Assembly (NCBI GenBank): GCA_025201805.1
Contig: MU619375.1
Coordinates: forward strand, 22,880-86,879
DNA from: Parasitella parasitica NRRL 2501
Lineage: Eukaryota; Fungi; Mucoromycota
Direction: 5' to 3'
DNA length: 64,000 nt
Positions 36,657 to 51,003 of the stretch are shown one piece after another. Positions within the stretch are counted from its first letter, which is position 1. The number at the start of each line of letters is the position of its first letter. The position numbers and the translations under genes were made by a program. A model generated the notes under the pieces. It searched no databases. It worked only from the letters and a program-made list of their open reading frames with translations, and was not told where the DNA came from.

Positions 36657-39077
36657 TTAAAATAAATCATTTAAAATGTCATTGACAAACTCAAATTGCT
36701 GTGGTTGTTGCTGCATTTGGGCTTGTTCTTGTAACGATGGCAACGGTGGATCAACAAACGGCGTCGATAGTAAATTAGAATTGAACAGTATTTGATTTAT
36801 ATCCTGCATCCAAGGCTCTTGTCCTGTCAGCCACGGAGCATTCACAAAATCCACACTCGTTGACTGCGATGAAGGAGGAGGTGGCGGCCGAACTGGCCCT
36901 TGAACAATAGCTAGCTCCGGTAATAATGATGTAATGAAGCTTGAATCGTTATTAAAATCTACAATGTCAAACAAGCCTGTGTCATACGTGCTAACGCTGT
37001 TGGTTGGTGAAAGCGATGGCTCTGCTGCTGTGGCTCCCTCGGCTTTCCTTGCTGGATTTGCATGCAAAAACTTGTGGATGACCGTCTTTAGGATATCGCA
37101 GGTTGCCCAATCACCCCAGATGATAGGTATACTTAAAATCGCCTCGGCCATATCAATGTGCTGTCGTATCGCATCGGATGCTTCCAATCGGTAGGCATAC
37201 ATTAAAACTTGGGCAGCAGCATCAACAGCAGAAACGATAATGCCACGAGGTAAGAAATCGGTTTGATCGTAATAGTTGATGGGGCTGCTGAGGTGTGCAA
37301 AGGTCTTTTGTATCAGCTCAATCGACTCTGGTACTGCTTTATGCACTCGTAATACATTCTCCACGTTGGTTAGGTCGAGCTCTGTAGGGGTATATCTTTC
37401 GTAAATGCTAAAGGGATTTCTTTTGCCGTCTGGCTTTAGCACCGAGTCTCTCACGAAATACAAGCTGATTCTGTAGAACAAATAAAACAACTCTATGGTA
37501 TAAGCTTGTAGAGGCGACCAATCTTTTCGGTTTTTCTGAATAAAGTCGTGGAAATCCTCCAGTACCTCTGTGATTCTTTCCTCGATGCCAGGTCTATTTT
37601 TCGGATATGGCGCAAACAAATTGGGATTGATCTGCTGTAGAATGTAAGAGGGTGCTTTTGGTAATTCTGGATCAGATGCATGCGGTAGTTGCAATATGAG
37701 TTTGCAACTCACTCTTGCCACTACGGATTTGATGTAAAACGTCTCTATTAAATAAAAGTACCATTTCAGCAATCTGGGGTTCTTGTTCTCGATATCGTAC
37801 TGGTATGCTTTGGATAATTTGGTGTTGGGCGGCGGATACGGATGCTCGTGATAGGCCAATGCAGCCCTAGGGATCTGTTCTACTGCAATCGACATGGTTA
37901 GTGGTTTTATTTATTTTTTCATCTTTTTTTGAGTTTCTTTACATTCAACGCATCCTCTGATTGTAGTTTCGAAAGCTGCCCAAAACGTGTTTAGCAGCAA
38001 TTCCTTCTCAACGCTGTTCAACCCGGCTGGCAGTGTGTTGTCAAACAAACCCAATCTCGCAGCAAGCATGTACGACAGGCCAAAGAGCGACATTCCTCTT
38101 TTAGGGAAGCCAAATGTGACCTCAAACAAAGCCAGCAGGACCACGGCCTGATATTTACTTGGCGTCGTTTCGGCCGAGGCTTTAGACAGCAGAAGATGTG
38201 CATAATCCAGGAATGGATTTCGTTTCTTCTTGTTCAAGGCATCCCATAGCTCCAAAGGCTTACCGTCCAGGAGCTGGGACTTGAAGATGGTTGTTCCGTA
38301 CACAACCGAGAGTAGGAGAGGGTCGGCAGTGTCTGTCCAGTAAGACTGCAGGAGCATCGTCTTGCTCAGTAGATTTGAAAAGGGATGGATGCAAAAAAAG
38401 CACTCTATCAGTCGCACTGCTTGCTGTGGCGGAAGTGAATTCAACGGATTGATAACCAACGAGTAGTCTGATGGCGTTTCGAAAAAGGTGGTTGTAAAGT
38501 CGTATGCCAAGGCTGTCCGAGAGAAATCCAAATCAGTATAGTATGTCAACTTGAGATTCGACACTCGCTTCATCAGAATGCTCGCCATGTCTGCGCTCAT
38601 CCAGCTGAAATAGTCTGTCAAATCAAAGATCTTGACCTTGGAGCTGAGACTGGCATAGTCGCCATGTTTGATGATTGCATTGCTACTCCTCCGCTCTTGG
38701 ATGAATTGGTCAAGCGATGTGTTCTTTGCAAAATAGGTTGAAAACAGTGTATTGATGTAGTGGTCCAGGCCGTGTTCTGGGCTGTCATACAAGTACCGCA
38801 TGGGAGTCAACAGCGGCATCATTGATATGTTTTCAAAGATGAATTCGCGGCAAAAATTGCTGGCATTATGGGCTTCTTTATCGTCGGAAATGTTGGAGGC
38901 TATTCGAGACAAAACTAATTTATTTACTACTGCATTCTTCGGTGGCCTCCCTACTGCGCCGGGCTTTTGGTACACGCAGGCTGTTTGTCGAGCCTCGCAT
39001 CGGTTGCACGGCCTTTCTCCGTCGCATTTCACTTTTTTAATTCGACAAGGTAGACAGCTCACTTTTCGTTTAACCAT
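36657..39077 (-). CDS. Zn(II)2Cys6 transcription factor with fungal TF middle domain (1 intron)
   Basis: CLPCRIKKVKCDGERPCNRCEARQTACVY; middle region AARLGL...ELLLNTFWAAF; acidic/Q-rich C-terminus. Confidence 0.92.
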
Positions 39078-40014
39078 TTTATTTTGCAGAATTCATGTAA
39101 AAAAAAAAAAAAAAAAGGGAAAAGAGAGACGGTGGTTTATCTCCAGATCTCCCCCTCTAAAAATAGGTGTTGGTCTGCCCAATCAAGTGGTTATCAGTTC
39201 ACCTGGTTATGCTGTATGCCATCCTGAACTGCCTTGAGAGACTCGGGACGTTGTTGTAGGCTATAGCCATTTACGAAATCACTGAATAAAACTGATATTG
39301 AAGCAATGTCTTTTAGTAATGTAAATCATGAAACTAGCTTTTGTGTGTAGAGGGATGGAGGGCGCATTAATTCATTAATATATTGAAAACCTCCCAAAGT
39401 CTGTTCAGCTGGTTATTTCTCAAAAATCATATGTGACAAATTGCCATCCGTTTCGACCAAAGTTGAATTGTTTTTGGCTCGGTCCTAAATAAGCTTATTT
39501 CAAAAAGAGTATTATGATATCAGAGCGTAGCGCTGCTTTGCATGGCAAATAGTTGACGCTGGCGATATCCATTAGAAGAGCTTATGGAATTGATGATACA
39601 ATTCAGGAACAAAAGCCAAAATCTTAAACGAGTCTTTCCAATTCATCTTTGTGGAATAATAATATTTCTGAACATCTGCATTATTTGCTCTTGCAATTGC
39701 TTCTTTTACCAATGATATAAACCCACTTTGATCTGATCATGATTGTAAAAAAAAAAAAAAAAGGGCACTACAGCTACACACTCGCTCCGCTCAAGGGGTT
39801 GAAAAGGTGTGATACGCTACTGCATTTTCATGGCCTGCATGTTAAACATATCTAAATATAAAGAAATGACACAACAGACTACATGAGAACTACTGCGCAA
39901 CAGACTTGAGAACAATATCCGTAACAAGAAAAACAAGACAGACGGGTATACTAATAATAAATGCATGCAGGTTTTTAATATACTATATATATTGCTAAGG
40001 CTTTTCGTTTCTGT

Positions 40015-42791
40015 TTATGATCGTGTCAATAGTTGTGGTTCGATACGTGAGTAGAAGCATGTATCACAGACACGAGCCCATTCGCCACAATCCTGTCCAT
40101 TTGATACAAACAGAGGCAACTTGTTTGAACTATGTTCATGGCAAAACACATGTCCGCAGCTATTATAGAAACGAAATACGTCAATTCTGAATGGCCAGGC
40201 TGGTCATATTTACATGTCAGTTATACCTTCTACAGTGATGTCTACGCTGGAACACCCCAAATTTAGCATCACAATGCTTTGTTCGTTTAATGTAATCATG
40301 TCTGTCCTGGATCTTGAATTCGCACATCTTTGCATCGTCATCTTGGATCCATTCATCCTGATCCAAGAGCTGGAATCTGGTCAGTCTTGCTTGCCTTGAT
40401 AGTTTTATAATGTATTTGTGGCATATAACTTGATCTGGCTGTTGGTAAGGCTTGAAATACTTTTGTAAACCCTGTTTTTGTAAAGAATAGAATATATGAG
40501 TTGCCAAGAATGTTACATTGTACCAATGCTCCATGTTTTACCTTTGGAAGCAATCCCGGCTCTGTAGTAACACAGACACCAGAGATTATTACATTTTCAG
40601 GGTAGCCTAGTGTATCAAAATCTTGCTCTTCAATTTCTCCTGTTCCAGCTATACTGCCTATCCATTGACTCATGCCCCATTTAAATCGAGTAACCCCATA
40701 TTCCAGTTTGGTTTGCCAATTGCTAGATCTGGGTTGTTCATCTGTAATAGTAGTGTTAGTAGTGGCCATGGTGGTGGTGGTGGTGGCTGTAGCTGTGTCT
40801 AGGGTATTTTGATTGTGCTCATTGTAAATATTAATGGGCGTAATTGTAGCAGCTGAGCCGGATACGCCGAATGGCAAAGATGTAGTTGCTGCTGATGATG
40901 ATAAAAATAGCAATGCATCTTTATGATGATGATGTTGTTGTTTTTGCTGCTGCTGCTGCTGCTGTAGCTGTTGTTGCTGCTGGACCTGTTGCATCATTAG
41001 CAGAGTAAACTTTTGCAGAATCTTGGCTTGTGTCTCCAACAAAACTGTTTCATATTGCTCCTGAGTTGATGTAACGAGTTTCGTAATGTTTTGCTGTATG
41101 TCATTTAGCTCTTGGTCGTCGTTAGCATTAGCACAATCCCCGCTAATCGTAGCAAGCAACTGCTGCTGCTGTGACAGTAAATGGCTCCATTTCTCGATTA
41201 ATTGGCTCGGTGGCTTCTTGGCGATTGTACGAGAAGATAGCGCTGATTTGTTTTTGGTGCGTTTACGGGTTGGGATGGGTGATGTAGGGCTATGGGATCG
41301 CTGGGCTTTTGTCGTTGGACCACTGTGGTTGCTGCTGCTACTGCCACTACTCTGACTACCGACTGTGGACATGGACAGTGTGGCAGAGGCCACATTAAGA
41401 GGCTGATTTTGCTCGTTGATGACGGACGCAGATAAACGCTTCTTGATGCTAGCGCCTTCGTGGCTTCTCGAAGTGGTTGTGGCTGTGGTGGAGAACGAAG
41501 CACGCCTGCTGCTAGCAAGTGTGCTATTGGATTTGGCAAGCTTGACTGAAGCTCCGGTGGTACCACCAGCACCAGCACCAGCACCAGCGGCAGCAGCAGC
41601 AGTGGTACTTTCAGAGCTCGAAGTGACTTTGACATTACGGTTACATGCAGCACAAATGGGACGACGCATGTAGCCAGGCAAGTGATCGTCCTCGCTATGG
41701 GTGTGAGTGTGCGTATGCTCCAAGTATGACGACGTAGATGACGAGGAATCAGACAATGGGCGTCGAATAGCGATTGCCTGTGGGCAGTATGTTTTGTAAA
41801 TAAATGAATGAATGATGCGTTTGTTTGTTGCAACACTTACCTCATCTGCAACGAAATCAGGGGAATTCTCTGCTTCAGAGCAGGAATCAGATTCAGATTT
41901 GGAACAAGGAGTCTGTTGTTGATTTCCTGCAGAAGGTGCTGCATCATTATTATCCATTATCACAGAAGCAGCTTTGTTGTGCTGGTTACCATCATCTGTA
42001 TTCATAATGACTGACGGTCTCTTTTGTAATCCTCTGCTGTAATGGCGCTTGCCGTCCAGATTATTGTCGCTGGAAGGAATTGCAATAGGACCATCACTGC
42101 TATTGCCATTAGGAGGCGTTGTATCACGTATGGTGGCATTAGGTATCATGGATGCTCTTCGTTTTGCTTCAAGCACTTTTCGGACGGCTGGTGGTGGTGA
42201 TGGTGATGGCGATGATGGTAACTCGGGCGCTAGGGTGGTTGTAATGACATGCTGCTGCTGCTGCTGCTTTTGTTGTTGTTGTTGTTGTTGTTGTTGCTGT
42301 TGTGGTTGTGGTGACCAGGAGCTTCTTCTTTGACCAAGAGGATAAGATGGCAATGCTACGTTTAGTAATGGCTTATTTTCCACTATAGTGGGTGGCGCTT
42401 GGACTGTTGCTGCAGCTGCTGTGAAAGATTGCTTCCGAGCCCTAACAGCAGCGGATAGTTTTCTTTTGATTATAGCCTCTGCGGTATGCGAGGTGGTAGT
42501 AGAGGCAGTGTCATTCAAATTTGAACGGACGGCTTTTGCTCTGCTGGAGGCAGTGCCTCTGGTGATTGATTGATGTCGAGAAAGCAATTTGCGATTCAGA
42601 TGTTGCTGATTCAACTCAGAACTTCTTTCAGGCGACTGCTGCTGCTGCTGCTGTAGAGTAGCAGTGGCAGTAGCATCGGTAGTGGCAGTAGCATCTCCTT
42701 GAACAAGAGGAGAGGTACTAGCAGATGGAAGGAAATTTAATTCATTCCCCCTTTTCAAGAGGTTTGTTGTTGCTTGTGGATCTTCTAACAT
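40015..42791 (-). CDS. Large low-complexity protein with C-terminal FYVE zinc finger (introns 40472-40541, 40160-40226)
   Basis: Spliced end WIQDDDAKMC...HCDAKFGVFQRRHHCRS|CGHVFCHEHSSNKLPL...WARVCDTCF. Confidence 0.87.
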
Positions 42792-43093
42792 TTCGTGGGG
42801 GTGGGGATGGGGGAGGAAAGAAAAGGAAAAGCTAAAAGAAAAAGAAAGAAAAAGAATAGAAAGGAGGCAAAAGAAGAAGGAAAGAAAAGTACAAGACGAG
42901 ATGCAATGGCTTGCTTCATATATATGTAAAACGCAACCTGTATGCTATAATACCCCATTCGATAATTTTACACGCATGTCCATCATTTTAAAACGGCATC
43001 TTTCCCCTCAATTCTGCAGTTACACAGTGTCATTATTGGGGGATTTTTGCCGATGTCTGTTCCGTTGTTGCAAGTATATAAATATACGCAGTT

Positions 43094-44696
43094 TTATGTA
43101 AAAGAGAGGCTAAATACGACAAATAAACAGAATAAGACTATATAAAGCCATTAGTACATGTATACACAGCCATACATAATGTGCACACTATTTTACCGAA
43201 TGAAAATGTCCAACGTCCACAATGTCCCAACCCAAGAAAATGCGATTTATGCAACGCTTGTACTTTAATTTGCAGATTTTCTAAACGGATGGAAGGGTTC
43301 ATCGTATTTTTAACGGCTAATTTCATGTGTCTGCTATACGCTTGTTGTAGCAAATGTCTACTTTTTTGCAAATTAGTCGAGGATTGCCCCATTTCTTTCG
43401 ATTTTGTGTCTATAGAGGAGTATAATTGAAGATGGCGCTAATAGTAGTGGAGTGTATTAGATTACATGCACTGTATACTGCAAACTATGAGAGCCTCCAA
43501 ACTTACCTCTGTGTCTATGTCTAATTGCTTTATTTTGTTCAGGTAATCTTGGATCATTAATTTGCTCGACTGGATTCTTTTGATCTCGTCATTGATCTTG
43601 TCGTTTATTAGATTGTGATCTGGTATAAGTTTACTAGAACATTAGAGAATTAGTAAGTTTAGCCATTCTTGCTTGTCATTGTGATAATTAAGACACATTT
43701 CTCTCTCTGTCTCTTTCTTTCTCTCTCTCTCTTTCTCTCGCTCCTTCCCCCCCCCCTTTTTTTTTTTTGTTCTTACAAGTTTGTCGCGGCTGTTGTTGGA
43801 TTTTTATTGACTTTTGAACTTATGCATGTCCAATCTGCAGGTGTTTTAAAATCCATCATTTGCTGCCTTATTTGAATTAATGATATGCTTTTTTCTGGCT
43901 GTACATTGTTATTATTATTATTATTATCACTATTGTTATCATTCAGCAGAGGAGCTCTTTTTTTTTTATGCTCGCTTCTCTTCTTTTTGCTGGCTAGATT
44001 GATGTTTAATTTCTTTCTTTTGTGCGAAACTGAGTTTGACGATGATGTAGATGATAAAGAGTGTATCGATACTTGATCTTTGGGTTTTTGTTTCTTTCTG
44101 AAATATTTTTTGGTAGGTCTAGTCATGTTCAAATACTGTCGATGATGGCGTCGAGTTTTAGACTCGTCTTCTTCCTCTTCATCTACTTCCTCTTCGCCAT
44201 CATCGCTATGAATGATAGATGTGATCACATGCAAATGTGCTGAATGATAGCTCTTGATCTTTGATAAGAATTTGTGATGATCTAATAGATTTTTTAAACC
44301 TTGTTAGTCTCATGTCAAACACGGCGCATACACAGTACAGCACTTACTCTCGGAAAAATTCGATTTAAAGGCTGGCATTCGAGATTCAAGAAACTCTGCT
44401 GATTCATTTGGTGCTGCCGCACCCTTGGTATCGTAAACGTCAATCTGACCGCTGCTATGGTAATCAATGTTGTCGTTTTTATTCTCGTTGTCGTCGTTAT
44501 CGTTATGAATTTTCGGTGCCTGCTTTTTAAATTTCTTGACTTGATCTACTAGTTTTCCTACGACCAATTTCTTGTTGACTTTCTTCTTTTTTGATTCTAA
44601 AATCGGTGATGTAACATTATATTCGAAATGATCAAAGTCTTCTTTTCTACTCAAACTACTGATACTGCTATGGCTACTGCTGCTACGAGATTCCAT
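43094..44696 (-). CDS. Hypothetical multi-exon protein; basic/acidic N-terminus, coiled-coil-like region, possible C-terminal membrane anchor
   Basis: In-frame GT-AG chain: MESRSSS...FSE|NHHKF...ATN|KLIPDHNLINDKINDEIKRIQ...DTE|RHLQLYSS...WTFSF|VLFCLFVVFSLSFT*. Confidence 0.55.
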
Positions 44697-45427
44697 GCAG
44701 ATAAATATGGACAAAGAGTAAGAAATATATATAAATATAAAACGAGAGATAAAGAGAGAGAGTATGTGAGAGAGAGAGAGAGCGAGAGAGAGCGAGAGGG
44801 AAAGAGATTTATCGGAGTTGACCTGATAAATACACATGAAGGGATCAACATTAATCCCTCACTCTCATCTCTTTTGTTCTTGTTATCAACATATCTCTTT
44901 TTGTAGAAAATCTCTTTTTGTATAACCCATCATTGATTGTTGTAAATACATATGCAATGCTTGATATGCTACCTTATTGTTTTAATTTAATCACATTCAT
45001 AATCAAAAACTCTGTTGGGTGTTATTGATGTGATCTCAATGAATGTTCCGTTTTTAGAAAGAACAGGAGGTGTTTTTTTTTTCTTTTTTTTCACCTGAAA
45101 ACACATATTTGGGATGACAAAGTACAAATATGACACAAAAAGCCGTTTAAACAAGTTTTTATCGACAGAACACTTACATGTGCACATGATGTATAGTTTA
45201 ACGTTCGCTAGAGATCGTAACAGGTCTCATTCAATCAGTTGTTTTAGTTGCGCGAGAAGAAATTCATGATCGCAGCGGACATCTCATGTGCCGTACAAAG
45301 ATCAATCAAACATTCAAACAATGAAATGCGGTAGTAGCAATGCAATTTTTTTTTTGTTTTTTTTTGTTTTTTGAAAAAAAAAGGGGGGGGGGTGATATTA
45401 TTATATTTACAAATACTAATATTTTAC

Positions 45428-48400
45428 TCAAGGATGAGCACTCATTAATTCTTCTACGACTTTACACAGATCTTCCACCGATTTATCTAATTTTCGCCCA
45501 CCATAAAGACCATCTACTACTGCTTGCATTTGTTGAGGTGTCAAGTCTAAAAAGCTTTCAATCAGGTCACCATCAATGAAATTAACAGCTTCATCTTTTC
45601 TATCCATAATGGAAACGCTTCTCCAGCTTGAAAGATCTTAGTACATGAAATCAAAATGTCATTTTTTCCAAGCTGGACACTTACTCTATATGACTAAGAT
45701 CACCTATGCTTTTAACCACTCTAGTCATATTGTATTGCATTTGATCTAATAATTTGAATCGATCAGCTGTTAGATCCGCAATCAAGCCAATTGCACCACT
45801 CGCTGTAGCAAATATCAGTGTTGATGCTTCCGGTTTACGGTCAGGGTCCGCATTGTTCAGTCCCAAGGAACCTAAACGAAAAAAAAATATGAGCACAAAC
45901 ATCACTTGTAATTATTCAGCGGATACTACTACTTTACCAAATCGAAATTTGCGAACAGTGTCTCCTAGATGCCATACACTCACTGTTTCTAAGAGTGGCT
46001 CATCGTTCATACTCTCGTCTACGCATTTTTCTGCGACGAATATATGACCATGGCGTTCTGCGGCAATATAAAGATTTGCATCAGCAGCCTCGACGGCTAA
46101 TATTTCTTTTAGCTTTTCATGGGCTGCTACTTCTATCAGAGTGTCCAATTTGGAATCATAACGTAGCACTACAATAGAATACGCCATGTCGCCAGTGATG
46201 ATTAGGTCGTTTATTGTTGTCATAGTCTCTGTGATTGATGGCAACCGCTTGTTACATGTCGATACAAGTGTTCCTGTCTCGTCCCATTTATAAACGTGCA
46301 GCTAACATATATATATATATACATAGATAATAAAAAAAAAGTGATATCAGTGTTTGCAATAAATACATGTATAATGGCTGTAAATACGGTACCACACCCT
46401 TGACACTAGCGAGCAATCTTCCCTGAAATGCCCTGATACAATCCACCATGCCATCCGTCTTTATCTGCGTAGCCAATCTCAAAATACGCTGTGAGGTGAC
46501 TTGCAGAACGATAATGCGGCCCATGCTTTTATTTTCGTATTCATCTGTATCTCTTCCCGTGGCTACAACGTAATATTCTGTAGGGTCGTGCTCAAACGTG
46601 ATGCTCGTAGCTGATAACGGCCTTTCAAATTGATTAAAGTATATTCTATCCAGCCGCTTGAACGTTTGGTCGTCCAAGATTTCGAATCCGCCCGTTGTCG
46701 TTGAAGCAGAGTAAGGTTCAGACGAGATGTGTTCAGTAATGATGCCGAAAGTCCTTGTTGTTTCCTGGTAAGTGATGCGTCTAGGTGTGTCGACGGTTGG
46801 TATCTTTGTAATGTGTAGCTTTTGAATCTCTTCCATCTGTCCAATGACGAGGCCGTCTTTGGTTGTCAATGCCACTGCATCAGGGAACGATAAACTGTTG
46901 AACGAGGTGGCACATTGAACCTCCTTTAGATTGACGTTTGAATAAATAAGTTTCTTGTTGCGGCTGTGAATAACGCTGGGCTTGTCGGATGCTGCAAAGA
47001 CATGTGTTGTTCCGTTCGATGTAAATGTGCTGAGATGGATAGGCAGCTTGCCCAAGAAGGATCTCTTTTTGTCAGACAATGTCCCTGCCTTTGTGTCCAG
47101 TTTAAAGTTGTAGAATTGCCCATCACCCAACGCTACTAGCAGATAGCATATGTTTTCAAATTTAGCCATGAGAATCGATCGAGGCATGATAGGGCCTGCC
47201 AACTTTTCTTCCTGTATCACTTGCAAGTCTGGCAGCGACAGTAAACACACGCCCACATCCTCCCACAAACCAACAGCCACTACGTTTGAATGCAGTGGAG
47301 TTTCTGCATCAATTGGGCTCGTGTCGATACAAGAAATCTCGTTCGGTAACTGAGCGGTGCTAAATTTGGAAGTTTAAGAATATATATACATATATTTATA
47401 TATTTATACATATATTAAAAAAAGAGTTACCTGAGGAGCTCTAATCGCTTATCTTTAATTTCCAGGGCGACAAGTTTGCCATGGCCTGTAGAAACAACGC
47501 ACTGAGAGGGATTTGCGCTTGCAACAGTGATCTGCACACTATCCTCAGGAACCCATTCGTCCAACAATCCACCTTGACCATTAGCATTCATTAATCGCAC
47601 ACTTTTGTCAGTTACTTGAATCACCATATCGTCCTTGACGTTGGCAGCTATCAAGGTCCTGCAATTGACATTGATACCCGAGTGAGCATCCAATTGCGTC
47701 ATTGCGTTACCGCGCAATGCCAATAAACGGGTTTGGTTGACAAACGAAATTACTAGCATATCATCGTGTTTCTCGTAGAACGACGAACGCAATGCCCAGA
47801 CTCCTTTCACGCCGCTGATCCCAATCGTTGCCAACTCATTCAACCCAACACCGTTTCGAATGATCCTCAGCGAGCTGTCTTTGGCTACACCCGAGCATGT
47901 AATCAGCTGTGTTTGGCCTTGCTTGTCCAAGTCAGCTACACAGAAATCAGTGATTGGTGCCAGATTAGGGAATTCGTCAATGACTTTCAGGATGTCTGCA
48001 TTCTCGGCAGTTGTAGTTGCATCATCTGTGCGTTGGATATGGATCAATTGAGAATCGCCCACTGTGGAGCCTACGAATACGACATCGTTTTCCAAGTAAA
48101 CCAAGCATGATGGCACTGATGTACTGCCTAATCCAATAAAACTCAAAGAGTCGACTCGGTGTTGGATAATGTTTAACGTCAACAAGTGAAGCGCACCTTC
48201 TGCATCGCCTAGCAGTATACGAGATCCTTCTGTGTTCATGATAGAGTAGCTATAAACAATCACTCTATCAGCTCTCTTCTCTCTCTCTCTCTCTCCCCTA
48301 TCTGTGAATACCTGTTGATGGTTGATGGTCGAATACCTATGGCAATAGGCGGCTGATTGGGCTTGAGATATCGAATGAATTTTCCAGCAATTAATACGAC

Positions 48401-49406
48401 ACCGCCCACAGCAGCAGGCATTGCAATCAATGTATCTGCATCCGATTCAAAATGATCCATGACAATATTTCCAGGCACAAGTCGTCTATTTTTGTGGTCA
48501 ATGGTAAAGGTCTGAAGATATCTGCGTCCAAGTGAGTCGTCGTATAAAATCAGCAGCGTTGGCTCGATATAAACATCTTGTAAGAATGCCAGCGAGACGA
48601 TATGTTTATCAGGTAAGCTAATTGAACTGCATTAAAAAAAAACACACACACACACACAAAACACTGCCTTCAGGGAAAATTCTGGGTTGATATACCTGAC
48701 ATTGATATAGTCTGGAGGATGAAAGATGTCTTGTGTTTGTCGTCTTTTGTTATCTTTGGATCTCAATGACACTTTTCGCAGAGGCTGTGGTGTTGAATGC
48801 TCTTTGAATTTGCCAAAATCTGGTATGATGATGGTAACCGTAGATTCGTATAACGTGGCTGCAAAGTATCGGCAAGAGGGATCAAGTACCAAGTTTGAAT
48901 CTAGCATTTCGTTGCGAGGCTGACCAGGAAATCCAATCTCTCCTGTCGACTGAGTTATGATTTGCTGTGAGGTGTCAAATGACAAGACGCAATATTTGTG
49001 TCTCGAAGTAATGAGAAACAACGATGCTTTATCATGACCCTATGTTGAGACAAGATTGGAATTAAAAAAACACGCGCTTTAACATTTTGCTATTACTGAT
49101 CCTTTCTATCATGGGGATATGTGTATACATACTTGAGGTATGTACAATCTCAGGGCAATAATCGTTCCATGGATGCTAAACTCAATTGTTGGCTTTAGTC
49201 CATCGACTGTCAGCGTATACACCTCAATACGTGTTCCTTTCCTATTGTAATTCAAGGTTGAGTGAGCACATTAGAGCCGCCTACTATCTGTGTAAAAAAT
49301 ACCCTAAAATCAGATTCGTTTCAGTGGGAGATGTGAACAATCCTTTCACAGCAAACTGTGTTGCAGTCGGCTTTTGGGCCGTAACCACGTATTTATGAAA
49401 GGTCAT
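45428..49406 (-). CDS. DDB1: DNA damage-binding protein 1 (CUL4 adaptor), multi-exon
   Basis: YVVTAQKPTA...FTSPTETNLIL; VFVGSTVGDSQLI; FPNLAPITDFCVADLDKQGQTQLITCSG..KDSSLRIIRNGVG; VFAASDKPSVIHS; C-terminal NFIDGDLIESFLDL. Confidence 0.95.
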
Positions 49407-49414
49407 TATTAATG

Positions 49415-49469
49415 NNNNNNNNNNNNNNNNNNNNNNNNNNNNNNNNNNNNNNNNNNNNNNNNNNNNNNN
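49415..49469. other. Assembly gap (55 N); a second 10-N gap lies at 55016-55025
   Basis: N runs, both abutting poly(A) tracts. Confidence 0.99.
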
Positions 49470-49742
49470 AAAAAAAAAAAAAGAGAAAAGAAGATAAAAG
49501 TGGGACGAAACGCGCTCCCACAAAAGCAAGCCATGATAAATTAGACCTTCTAATTGGCTGTTTCAGACAATACTCAAAGCAAAGCGCATCCCTTGTTGTT
49601 TGTTATAATGTAGATGCGTGTGTTTTTGAGACAGTGAACTCTTGATACTAGTGTTTAAACACAAGACATTACAAAGCAAGAAGAATGGTACATTAAATTG
49701 GCATTATTTCTTTTATATTTACATTATTCTATACTAGACAAT

Positions 49743-51003
49743 CTATCCTGTCTTTGGCCTCTTTTCCGCAGACTCACCAGAAGCTGAAGCAGTTCCTTCT
49801 CTGTCTCTTTTGCCATCTTTCAGCTTATTCGCTTCATCCAGCAATGCTTTTTGCTTTGTTATAGCCTCGTTGTAATAATCTACCAAGTCAAAGAGTTCGC
49901 AAATTCGCAACATAGACTTGGATCGCTGGATGTCTGTATATAACGCAGATCGGGTGTAAGTAGTGTCCTCGGTATTCATGCTCAAAAGGACGTATTTTGT
50001 ATTCTGAAAGAGATTATCCAGGTCGATTGCCTTTTTGATGTACCTTCGAACAACCGTTTCAAACGGCAATAGTCCCTCTTTTCTAAATGCTGAAGGGTTC
50101 CATTGAGCGCCTCTAGCAATCATGACAGAATCTGCTTTGGTAATAAGCTTGGCCTTTTCAATGTCGGACCACTGGAATACATCACCATTTACGATGACTG
50201 GAATATCCGTAACAGATTTCACAACTTGTACTAATTCCTCAAGTGCCTCCCAATTTGCTTTTTCTGTTGACCTCTGTTCCTTTGTGCGACAATGTACGGT
50301 GAGCGCTTTGACGCCTGTCGAAGCAATCATTTTGACGAGCTCGATTGTTTTCTCTCTGGTTTCCAATAATCTAATTTTGCAGGTAACAGGCATGCCAGAG
50401 TGCTGCACTAGCTTTGTTAAAATCTGCTGCAGCTTACCAGGGTTCGACAAAAGGGCAGCGCCCATGCCGCCTTGAATTGAAAACTTTTTAGGACAACCAC
50501 AGTTCAAATCGATCGCAGCAACATCCTCTTTTAGCGTTAATGCGGCTTGCAGAGCAAGATCCGGATCTGCTGTGCCCAATTGAAGAACGACCCTCCCTTT
50601 CTCTGCAGGATGTGTGCTGAATGTTAATGATTTTCCTTTAGTGTAGTTGGTTGTCCCTGTTGCAGCTGTACAGTAATGTCAATAAGCTTAGTTGACCCCC
50701 GAGAACTGCGTTGCATATACTCACGATTGTAAGAACGAACTGACCCAATAATACGTTTATCGACAAGCTCTTCAGACCAAACCAAGTCTAAATTTGCGCT
50801 GATAAGCCTAACAATCATTTTTATCAATTGACATCAAATGCTTACCTGCTCCGTAATCAAGAGCAACTAGTCTCATAGGCAAGGTGCCGATACGAACCTG
50901 AATAGCGTTAATGTCTAACAAAACAAGGAAACTAAGATCAACATACCATAGGTGCAAGGAAAGCCTTGTTAAAATAGTTGATATCTGGATGAGTTTCAGA
51001 CAT
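49743..51003 (-). CDS. DUS2: tRNA-dihydrouridine(20) synthase, 4 exons
   Basis: LAPM|VRIGTLPMRLVALDYGA|DLVWSEELVDKRI; FQLGTADP; IDLNCGCPKKFSIQGGMGAALL; PVTCKIR; TVHCRT; IVNGD; MIARGA. Confidence 0.93.
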
